IMG/VR virus record: IMGVR_UViG_2593339134_000001
Source of the DNA: a virus
Taxonomy: Duplodnaviria > Caudoviricetes
Strand: one strand, 5' to 3'
Length of the DNA: 64,000 nt
Shown: piece after piece, positions 53,290 to 61,509 of the stretch
How the letters are laid out: the number at the start of each line of letters is the position of its first letter
Position numbering within the stretch: position 1 is the first letter of the stretch
The notes under the pieces: generated by a model
Seen by the model: the letters and a program-made list of their open reading frames with translations, nothing else
Databases searched by the model: none
What the model was told of the DNA's origin: nothing
Position numbers and translations under genes: made by a program

Positions 53290-54671
53290 TTTCGTTTGCC
53301 TTTTTTCAGAATACACAACAACATTATAGACTTTTGAAGGTTTTGCTTCAAACCTTTCGCCCTATCCCAGGCTTCCGCATATAGCCTCTTTGATTCGCTT
53401 TGAGCATGTCTATACCTAGACTTATCCTCTTCATGCCAATGATCTTCTAGCCCAGTATCCGTCCCATACTTGGCGTGAATATCGCGAATCACATTATAAT
53501 GTTCATGTCCTGCGCTTTTCGCCGCCAATATATGTGACAGATGCAGCTGGATTTCCGCCAACATATCCGAACCTGGAACTTTTACGATCAACAGGGCGTC
53601 CCGATAACCTTCCGGCGTTGGATGCTGGAATCTATCCTTCGGGGCTTTGGCTAATTGGATGCCTGAGGCTTTCAAGCCTTCCACAACCTTATGAAGTTCT
53701 TCCACCGTGTCACATTTGATTGAAGCCCTAAGAACATCGCGGAGTTTTTTCCACTTCCCGGCGTAATCGGCTCGGACCTTTTGCCTAGCCCGCTCCTTAC
53801 CCTTTAATGGAGCAACCACTATCGCTGGCCCTTTAGCGCCCAATGCCTCCTCGACGCTTCCAGAAACTTTGCCCCCTATAATTTCCGCCACGTTTGCCAA
53901 TGCCTTTTTGAATTTTGGAAGAGCTTTTTCTGCCGAGGCATACAACTCGTTTTCGGTGTTATGTGGTTGGAATGCGTCTTCCGGTAAATCACTCACATCC
54001 CCGAACAGCGACTTATCTCTGCCCCCATTACCGGGATCAGCGGGGGGCTTCGATCCGCCACCACCACCATTCCCGGCCTTAAACCCTTTAACATCGTGCC
54101 ACTCGACCTTGTGAATGCCTCCGCGCTCGTCGTGGACCGTGGCGCCCTGTTCACCCACCGAATGCACCCGCCCCGACATGCCGCCATCGCCAAAATGCAG
54201 GGTATCGCCGGGCTCGATGTTGTGCGTGCCGTAGCCGAGTTTGGACCCGCGAGGCGGCTCAAGCTTTTTCTGCCGCTTGTCGTCGTACTCGTGGACATAG
54301 GTGCCATCGCCACGGATATAGCCCTTGACGTGGGATTTCAGGAACAGGATCGGGATAGCCTTCATCATCGCCTTTCCCCCATTGTCGCCGCCCTCTTTCT
54401 CGGCATGCCGCACGAACACCCGCCGCCCGCGCTTATCCTCGGCCAGGAAACCATCCTCACCCCGGTCCACCACCTTGAGGGCGTGTTCGGCCCGTTTGCG
54501 GTGGCCCTGGACATCCTCCCACGGCACCCGGCGCTTGCCCTTGGCGTGGTGGACTACACAGCCAGCGGTCCCGGCGGACAACACCTTGCCGGGCATGACG
54601 CCATGTTCGGGGTGGCGGAAGTAGAGTTCGTCGCCGGGGAGGGCTGTGGGGGTGGATTGCGCTGTCTTCAT
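53277..54671 (-). CDS. Two SH3/Tudor-like repeats plus C-terminal RelA/SpoT-like nucleotidyltransferase domain
   Basis: 'LK...RA..K', 'D..RA.I', 'GYRD', 'EIQ', 'H..Y' synthetase-like motifs; no HD hydrolase domain. Confidence 0.8.
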   Translation of the reverse strand: MKTAQSTPTALPGDELYFRHPEHGVMPGKVLSAGTAGCVVHHAKGKRRVPWEDVQGHRKRAEHALKVVDRGEDGFLAEDKRGRRVFVRHAEKEGGDNGGKAMMKAIPILFLKSHVKGYIRGDGTYVHEYDDKRQKKLEPPRGSKLGYGTHNIEPGDTLHFGDGGMSGRVHSVGEQGATVHDERGGIHKVEWHDVKGFKAGNGGGGGSKPPADPGNGGRDKSLFGDVSDLPEDAFQPHNTENELYASAEKALPKFKKALANVAEIIGGKVSGSVEEALGAKGPAIVVAPLKGKERARQKVRADYAGKWKKLRDVLRASIKCDTVEELHKVVEGLKASGIQLAKAPKDRFQHPTPEGYRDALLIVKVPGSDMLAEIQLHLSHILAAKSAGHEHYNVIRDIHAKYGTDTGLEDHWHEEDKSRYRHAQSESKRLYAEAWDRAKGLKQNLQKSIMLLCILKKGKRKWFS

Positions 54672-56491
54672 ACTTCGATCCGATAAACCGTCATGCCAAA
54701 ACTCTTGCCCATGGGTTCGCCCGACGGTTGTTGGGCACCACCCTTTTTGCCAGCAAATCCGGGCTTTCCGGCGGAATTCCCACCCGGTTGCCCCCCTCCC
54801 TCATCCTCCCCTTGATCGCCCGCCACGGGCCGCCTGGGCGGCTGTTTGCCACCGTCCGCACCACCGTCCGCGCCCTCGTCCGGCTCGCCCTCCCCATCCT
54901 CATCGAACCCTTCCCCGAAGTCCTGGGAGTCCTGCTGCTGCCGGGCCTGCTGCATCTGCACATACAGCCCCATCAAATTGGGATTCACCGGGGCCGCGCC
55001 CATCGTCGGGTCGGGGTGCTTATCCTGACCGTCCTGGGCCCGCATCTCGTCCACGGTCAGGTAGAGCTTCTGCCGCTCCTGCTTGGCCTGCCGATCCTCC
55101 TCGTCCAGGCCGGTCCAGCGGAACACATACTTCTCATCGAAGGTCGGCAGGATGAAATCGGAAAAGGTGTCCTCGTAGAACCGCAGGAGCGGGATCAGCC
55201 CTTTGTCCCGGCTGTTGGCCAGTTTTTCCCCGGTATCGTTGCCGTTGCCGATACCACCATTGCGGGAGCTGAACGACTCGAAGTTGATTTCGTCCGGCGA
55301 CATGCCGAAGATCGCGCACGAGATGGCCGTGAGGAAGGTCATCCATTTCGAGAAGTACATCTCGTTGAAATCGGCATTCAGCGGCGTATAGGTCGCGCCG
55401 GATTCCTTATCCTTGGCGGCCAGCACTGGCAGGGTCCATTTCTGGTTGATCCCCTTGACCATGGCGTTCCAATAGGTTTTGAACGCCAGCATGTCCTGCT
55501 TATCGAAATCCCCGTAGATTTGCAGCAATCCCTTCGGAATCGCGTTGTCCGTGAACCCGGTGATATTGAGGTTCATCGCGTTCAAGAACCCCGTCACCAC
55601 CCGGATCAACAAATCCACCTCCGACAGGCCGTAGCCACCCGAGGCCACGTTCGATACCGGGTTCCGGCACTGGTAGATCAAATCATCATGGGTGTAGGCG
55701 CAGCGGATGCGGGATTGGATGACTTGGAGGGCGAAGATTTCGTCGTGGCCTTGGTAGCCCGCCTCCGTGCAGAGCCGGATCGTGGCCCCGTCGATGGCAT
55801 AGAACCCATCCATCCCCAGGCGGGCATCGCGCTTCATTTCGGTTTCGATGGGCGCGGAATCCAGGGTCAGGCTATCCCGGACGCTCACCGCCATGAAGTC
55901 GCCCAGCGACGTGCGGCCCATGCGCTGGCGGGCGCGGGGATCGAATTCCCAGCCACAATTCGCCATGAACCGGGATAGGAGTCCGATGCCCTGCTTTTCG
56001 GGGCCGGTGAGCTTGTGGTCCTTGTCGCGGTGGCGGATGGCGAAACCCGGCCCCTCCCCGCTGTCGTTCTGGCGGGCGAAGCGGCGGACGTGGTTCAACC
56101 GGGTTTGGATGATGAGGCTGATCGGGGGCTGGGCAGCCATGGCCCGCAGGGTGTCGAAGCCGAGTTGCGAGGGCCGGTCGTAATACTCGCCCTGGATGCC
56201 GATTTGCCAGTCGTCGAGGCGGACGGACTTCATCCGCACGCCCTGGGCGTTCTCGCTCGGGAACGGCACGCGGACGGGGGCGGCGGCTTTCAGCAATTCT
56301 TGCCGGACCGCCTGTTCGCGCAGGTAATCCACCAGGATTTGCATGCTGTCGGGGCTGGAAAGCCCTTTGGCGAGGTCGCCGGCGGTGGGCGCGTAGGTTC
56401 GATGGAGTTCGCCGAGGGCGTCACGTCGCTCGCCGGGCGGGGCGCGGTCGTCGAAGGCTACGGATTGGGGGGGGTCGGGTGGGCGCGTCAT
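54668..56491 (-). CDS. Portal protein
   Basis: 'II.TR', 'RDSL..D', 'DGATIR', 'YGLSE', 'F.....P.G.L', 'M.F.KW..FL....CA.FG..P.EI'; acidic tail. Confidence 0.9.
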   Translation of the reverse strand: MTRPPDPPQSVAFDDRAPPGERRDALGELHRTYAPTAGDLAKGLSSPDSMQILVDYLREQAVRQELLKAAAPVRVPFPSENAQGVRMKSVRLDDWQIGIQGEYYDRPSQLGFDTLRAMAAQPPISLIIQTRLNHVRRFARQNDSGEGPGFAIRHRDKDHKLTGPEKQGIGLLSRFMANCGWEFDPRARQRMGRTSLGDFMAVSVRDSLTLDSAPIETEMKRDARLGMDGFYAIDGATIRLCTEAGYQGHDEIFALQVIQSRIRCAYTHDDLIYQCRNPVSNVASGGYGLSEVDLLIRVVTGFLNAMNLNITGFTDNAIPKGLLQIYGDFDKQDMLAFKTYWNAMVKGINQKWTLPVLAAKDKESGATYTPLNADFNEMYFSKWMTFLTAISCAIFGMSPDEINFESFSSRNGGIGNGNDTGEKLANSRDKGLIPLLRFYEDTFSDFILPTFDEKYVFRWTGLDEEDRQAKQERQKLYLTVDEMRAQDGQDKHPDPTMGAAPVNPNLMGLYVQMQQARQQQDSQDFGEGFDEDGEGEPDEGADGGADGGKQPPRRPVAGDQGEDEGGGQPGGNSAGKPGFAGKKGGAQQPSGEPMGKSFGMTVYRIEV

Positions 56492-56497
56492 GCGCCC

Positions 56498-56514
56498 AGT
56501 GTCATGTCACGACC
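56498..56514 (-). promoter_or_regulatory. Putative late promoter 8 (leaderless)
   Basis: GGTCGTGAC-at-GACACT-N6-ATG 56491. Confidence 0.8.
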
Positions 56515-56837
56515 TGGCGGGCGGGGCCGCGTCCTTGCGGTGGGAATCCCTCAGTGGAACAACCGCTCCTGGACATCGGCTCTCGGATGCTTCTACGGTC
56601 TACCGGGGGTCGTCGCGCATCCGTGCGCTCCTTCTCGGATAAAAATAAACAAAAGGGCGCGGAATGCGCCCTGGGTTTTGTCCCTGGGTTATGGCACGGC
56701 CAAGCCCTTGAATTATCTGGCTTGCCCGGTTGTGCCAAAATTCCTGAGTTTTGACATGAATCATTTTTTATGTAACGTCTAGTTAGACTGGGGTCGAACT
56801 ATTAATTCAAATTGCACTTCTATACAATTTACTACGA

Positions 56838-57647
56838 TTAGTTATCGGTATTATGTTCTTCATTGAAGATGGCTTTTTTATTTTTGTTATCTAAATCTGA
56901 GATCGTTTTTTGATTGTGCAAATAACGTTTTAAAAGCTTAATAAAAAAGTCATCGCCAAACATTCGGTCAAATTCTGTGAAATTCGCCATTCGATTGAGG
57001 ATAAATTTTGCTTCCGCTTCGGATGTTGATTTATATAACCTTGCTAGGTCTTTGCGGATTTGAAACTTAACTTCAAAATTAATTTTGTTTGTATAAGATG
57101 AAAGCGTATAGTCGAAATCATGGTCTCTATATGATAATGAATTAGCTTCATTGTCAATCGGCACTATGATAGCATCTACCCAGTCACTACCATCCAATAA
57201 AATACTATAAGGGTCATTTGTCTTCAATTGATGGCTTTGCGTTAAAGATAAAGGTTCTGATAATAAAGGTCTAGCTGCAATTTTAATAAATTCTCCAATA
57301 TAATTATTTTTTATATTAAACTCGCTAAACTTATTTGAATTCGTCCTTGAACACATGGCAGATAGCCCAAAAAAATATAAGTCAACTTGGCTGATTTTTG
57401 GATTTGGAAGAAAAAAGCTTTGAACTATTTCAACACGCATCCCATAAGATTTATAGCATTTATTATCAAAACCACATACTGCATTATCAATACTTGTGTA
57501 CCCAACAACCTTTCCAATGAAAATATACTCTTCTGGATCAACTTCTTTATGACTTCTGAGTTCGCCTATTTTACATCCATACGCAAGGCAAGGGAGCATT
57601 GCCATTATGGATAATAAAGTTATTATTAACTTAACCATATTTATCAA
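56838..57647 (-). CDS. AT-rich exported hypothetical protein (moron)
   Basis: Signal-peptide-like N-terminus; very low GC; exact start uncertain (ATG 57641). Confidence 0.7.
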   Translation of the reverse strand: MINMVKLIITLLSIMAMLPCLAYGCKIGELRSHKEVDPEEYIFIGKVVGYTSIDNAVCGFDNKCYKSYGMRVEIVQSFFLPNPKISQVDLYFFGLSAMCSRTNSNKFSEFNIKNNYIGEFIKIAARPLLSEPLSLTQSHQLKTNDPYSILLDGSDWVDAIIVPIDNEANSLSYRDHDFDYTLSSYTNKINFEVKFQIRKDLARLYKSTSEAEAKFILNRMANFTEFDRMFGDDFFIKLLKRYLHNQKTISDLDNKNKKAIFNEEHNTDN

Positions 57648-57810
57648 AGTATCTTATCATCCCAAATAGCATGGTTTTAAGCCAGCGTCTAACACCGCCC
57701 CTGCGGATAACGGGCGTTATGTCCAAAAGCGGCGCAGGCTGCCCAATAATCCCACACCCGCCCAACGGTCAAGCTCCGGCCAAACCGCCTAGCCCCGAAC
57801 CAGCCCAGCG

Positions 57811-58041
57811 TCATCCCGCATACCGTATTGCCTCCTCCCGATCCAACCCCAACCGCTCGGCAATCCGTCCATGGTCGTACCCGATGCGGCGCAGGCTCCG
57901 CACCTGGGCGGCGATCTGGACGTGGACGGGAGTTTCGGGCGCGGGGTCCACGGGAATCCCCGTAGCCCCCTTGGAGATTGGTTTGGGCCGGGCCAAGCCG
58001 GATTCGGACGGGGGACGGTGTCTTGGGCGGTTATGGCTCAT
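57811..58041 (-). CDS. Small HTH-like protein
   Basis: AAGGAG RBS; 'VR.LRR.GY....IAERLGL' C-terminus. Confidence 0.55.
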   Translation of the reverse strand: MSHNRPRHRPPSESGLARPKPISKGATGIPVDPAPETPVHVQIAAQVRSLRRIGYDHGRIAERLGLDREEAIRYAG

Positions 58042-58059
58042 GCTTGCTCCTTCGGTGCA

Positions 58060-60141
58060 TTATTCATCTCTCACAAAAAACCCACATCCCCGGTCCCGCG
58101 CCCGGACCTGGAATCCCCGCCAGCCACAGGCCGCGCTTTCCCGCGCCTTGTCGCCATAGTGCCCGCAGCGCCCGCAGAGATCGCCCGCCGGAAGGTCCAG
58201 TTGGCTCAACATGGCCTGGACGGTCGGTGGCAGGGTATTCGACATCGCGTCCATGGCCTCCCGGACTTGGCCCTTCGGTTGCTCGCCCATCGGTTCCGCC
58301 TCCGGCAGGATGAACATGCCGGTCCCGTGGCTCCTGGCCCAGGCCACGTCGCAGAGCATGTTGGCGTAGCTGAAATGGGGGTCGATGCCGACCTTCTTGA
58401 CTACCCGCCGGTACTTGTTCGTTTCCCCGTCCTTCTCGGCCACCAAGGCGGTCTTGGTGAAGTGGTGGAACGCCCGCGGCAATACCGCCACGGTCTGGCG
58501 GACGCCCTTCTCGACCACCTCTTGGACCAGCCCTTGCGGGTCCGGGAACAGGCATAGCGGGGTCTTGGCCGTCAACCGCGCCATGGAAACCTGCATGCAC
58601 TTGTACTGGTCCATCCGCAGGGTATAGCGGTCGCGCTCCGATTCGTCCGTACGCCGGTCGGACGAATCCAGGCCGGCCGCGTCGCCCCAGGCGATCATCC
58701 CTTCCGCGATCTGCCCGAACGAATCGCAGATGAACACCCGGCGCGGCCAGCGGTTGGCGAAGCGCTTGGCGTCGTTGTAGTTGGGGTTGATCTCGACCAC
58801 CGCCACGGCTACGCCGTAGGCCTCCATCAACTCGTCGCAGCGCCCGAACGGGTCGGCGGAGTAGATTTCCTCGACATGGACCACCGCTTGGCGACCATCG
58901 GGCATCCGCTCCTTGACGACCACCACATTGAAGTTGCCCATTTGGTCGATACCCATGAAGGTATCCCGCGCCCGCGTCTTCCAGACCACCCCGGCGGCGC
59001 GGCCCGCTGCGACACACCGCTCCAGGTGTTCCAGCGTGACCGGTACTTGGGTCGGGTCCAGGTAGGGCTTCCCCAGTTTGCGGTTGAAGAAATTCTTCAG
59101 GTCCGTCGCCGTGTTGTAGGCGAACATGATGTCGCCCGGCGAAATCGTGGGGCTCAGGAATTGCGGGAAATGGATGGAGCGGATTCGGAGCGGCCTATCC
59201 GCTTTCGGCACCGACAAATCGACCGTCGGATCGGCCAGGGGATTTTCCGCGATCCACTCGCCACGTTGGCTGTCCGCGATGACCGTCCCGCAGGCTGGGT
59301 TGCCGCACACGTAGCGCCATGCGTCCAAGGCTTCCACCCACCGGATGCAGGCCGGGAAATAGTCGTCCAGCGGTCGCGCCGCGCCGCAATGCGGACATGC
59401 GGTATGGAACCGGTATTGCGCCCCCCGCTTGTACCAATGGTGGATATCGGCATCCGGCCAGTTCGCCGTGGAGCCCATCAGCACGAAGCGCACATCGGAG
59501 GCGGACAGGCGCTCCAGGGTCTTCTCCATTTGCTCCAAGGTCATTTCCTGCACCTCGTCGAAGGCCAGGACATCCATGGGGATGGATTCCGTGGTGGCCT
59601 TGCCCGAGGTCCACGAGAACACGAACATGGCCTCGCCGATGCGGCGGGTGTAGACGTTGCCTTCGCCGGTTTTGCGCCCGGAGCCGTCCGGGGCGTCCAT
59701 CGTCATCAGCTTGTGGATGCCGGGGGCCGAGCGTACCAGGGGCATGAACCGCTCGGACGACTTCAAGCCGGCCAGTTTCATGTCGGGAAGGAACAGGCCC
59801 ACCGTGGCCGGGCCGAAACGCAGTCCGAGGTAGATCGTCGCCAGCATCTCCATGACCGTGAACCCGACCTGGGCGCACTTCATCAGGACCAGGACCAGCC
59901 GGTAGGCCTCGTCTTCGGTGCTGGGTATCTGGTCGTAAATCCAGGCCATCGCCGGGCGGTCGTCCAGGCGGAAGGGATGGCCGTCCACTTTCAAGCCTTG
60001 GGCGGCGAGGCTTTCGCACCATTGGCGGAAGGTTGTGCCTTCGGGGATGGGCTTGGCGAGGTCCGCGCCCTCGATCCTCGCCCGCCTGCGCCGCCTCAGC
60101 TCCAATTCGGCCTGGGCGCGGACGGAAAGGGGAATCCTCAT
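58060..60141 (-). CDS. terL: Terminase large subunit (lambda GpA-like)
   Basis: 'KCAQVGFT' Walker A variant, 'FDEV', 'GST', 'CPHCG...YVC..C', 'FFN..LG.PY', 'MGID'. Confidence 0.88.
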   Translation of the reverse strand: MRIPLSVRAQAELELRRRRRARIEGADLAKPIPEGTTFRQWCESLAAQGLKVDGHPFRLDDRPAMAWIYDQIPSTEDEAYRLVLVLMKCAQVGFTVMEMLATIYLGLRFGPATVGLFLPDMKLAGLKSSERFMPLVRSAPGIHKLMTMDAPDGSGRKTGEGNVYTRRIGEAMFVFSWTSGKATTESIPMDVLAFDEVQEMTLEQMEKTLERLSASDVRFVLMGSTANWPDADIHHWYKRGAQYRFHTACPHCGAARPLDDYFPACIRWVEALDAWRYVCGNPACGTVIADSQRGEWIAENPLADPTVDLSVPKADRPLRIRSIHFPQFLSPTISPGDIMFAYNTATDLKNFFNRKLGKPYLDPTQVPVTLEHLERCVAAGRAAGVVWKTRARDTFMGIDQMGNFNVVVVKERMPDGRQAVVHVEEIYSADPFGRCDELMEAYGVAVAVVEINPNYNDAKRFANRWPRRVFICDSFGQIAEGMIAWGDAAGLDSSDRRTDESERDRYTLRMDQYKCMQVSMARLTAKTPLCLFPDPQGLVQEVVEKGVRQTVAVLPRAFHHFTKTALVAEKDGETNKYRRVVKKVGIDPHFSYANMLCDVAWARSHGTGMFILPEAEPMGEQPKGQVREAMDAMSNTLPPTVQAMLSQLDLPAGDLCGRCGHYGDKARESAACGWRGFQVRARDRGCGFFVRDE

Positions 60142-60629
60142 GCCGGGGCTTTGCCCTTCGCCAGGGCCGCGAGTTGTTCGTCGGTCATCGCGCCCAGGTC
60201 CATCGGGGCATCCAAGCCGCGAATCCGGCGGATATTCTCAATCGCGGTCTTACTGGCTTCGGCGGCGGCTTTATAGGTTTTGAATCCCTTGGCCTTCGGC
60301 AAATCCTCCTCGATCTTTTCCAAGATCAAGCGATTCACCCGGACACCCCGTTCCATATCCTCCACATCGGCCTGGACTTCGCGATCCACTTCGCACGCGA
60401 CCCTTTGCGAAGTTTCTTGCGAAGCCTCCTGCGAACCAGCGGCAAGCTGCGCATTAACCCGTTCCCGCTTGAGCGAGGCCGGATTCCTCACCCATCCATG
60501 TTTTTTAGCCCGCTGACGGATAGCGGCTTCGGTAATATCAAAGTCCCCGGCAATCGCCCGCAGCGGGCGCACCCCCGCCCTAAACTGAACCTCCACCGAA
60601 TCCCAGTCAACGTCCTTGGCCACGATCAA
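60138..60629 (-). CDS. terS: Terminase small subunit
   Basis: 'DW......RAG..PLR.IA....ITE.AIR.RAKK.GW.R'; 'MTDEQL'; directly upstream of terL. Confidence 0.8.
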   Translation of the reverse strand: MIVAKDVDWDSVEVQFRAGVRPLRAIAGDFDITEAAIRQRAKKHGWVRNPASLKRERVNAQLAAGSQEASQETSQRVACEVDREVQADVEDMERGVRVNRLILEKIEEDLPKAKGFKTYKAAAEASKTAIENIRRIRGLDAPMDLGAMTDEQLAALAKGKAPA

Positions 60630-61137
60630 CCCTTACCCCCGCCGCCCCCACAAACTCCCTCAACTCATCATTCCAAGCCCCATACCGCCGCACCACCGAG
60701 GTGAATTCTTCGACGCTATGGCCGGTAAGCTTCCAGATGGGCCGCCCGGTCTCGTCGTCATACCGGGGCTCCCCGTCGCCATCGGTCGCATGGACGCAAT
60801 GGCTCAACTCGTGGAATATCAGGATTTCCCTGTGCCGGTCATCCGCCGCCGTCCAATATTCCCCGTCCAGGACGACGAGGAAGTCCGGCATCGCGCCGAA
60901 CATGCGCTCCACCATCCAGAGGAACACCCGATTCAATTTGCCCTGGACGCGGGGCAAGTGGACCGCGCCAAGGATGCGCCGGTCGGACTCGAACAGGGGA
61001 TCGGTCCGCAGCAGGAAAGCCATGTGCGGCTCGCCGTCCTTCAAGTGGACATGCTCGGGGTATTCCAGGCAGCGGCGATACCAATTCGCGGGATGATCCG
61101 GGCCGGGTTCGGGGATGATGAAGGGGGAATCCATCAT
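60607..61137 (-). CDS. Putative phage metallopeptidase
   Basis: 'PDF.V.LD..YW', 'IFHELSH', 'H.VEEF..VVRRYG'. Confidence 0.85.
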   Translation of the reverse strand: MMDSPFIIPEPGPDHPANWYRRCLEYPEHVHLKDGEPHMAFLLRTDPLFESDRRILGAVHLPRVQGKLNRVFLWMVERMFGAMPDFLVVLDGEYWTAADDRHREILIFHELSHCVHATDGDGEPRYDDETGRPIWKLTGHSVEEFTSVVRRYGAWNDELREFVGAAGVRVDRGQGR

Positions 61138-61152
61138 GGAAGCGCGATCCCA

Positions 61153-61509
61153 TCATTCATCGTCGGGCTCTCCAACATACCTAGTCACAACCCCCTTCCT
61201 CTCCACCACCATATCCACCTCCTCGACCGGCACGACAATAACCTCGTTCGGATTCTGCGGGGTCCGCTCGGGGTTTCGCACACAGCGCAACCCCGCGTTC
61301 TTGCCCGTCGCCGTCTTCGCGCCACACCAGCACAGGTTCCGGGGCTCGCCCACCGCCTTGGTCCCGCACTCGGCACACCGGGCCTGTCCGCCGCCATTCG
61401 GCCCGGGACGCCACAGGAGCCGCCCAGAACATATCCGGCAGGCATGCTCGATCAGGAACCATCCGGCGTCCTCGTGGTTGATCCTACGCGGCTTGGCCGA
61501 GTTCAACAT
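61153..61509 (-). CDS. Zn-finger protein
   Basis: 'H.C..C.GR', 'C.ECG', 'LC.CG', 'LRC..NP'. Confidence 0.65.
   Translation of the reverse strand: MLNSAKPRRINHEDAGWFLIEHACRICSGRLLWRPGPNGGGQARCAECGTKAVGEPRNLCWCGAKTATGKNAGLRCVRNPERTPQNPNEVIVVPVEEVDMVVERKGVVTRYVGEPDDE

Noticed and set aside
57687-57723. Canonical integron attC site
   Set aside because: Only about 36 nt between the RYYYAAC-like and GTTRRRY boxes with no L-box stem; kept only as part of the short-site finding
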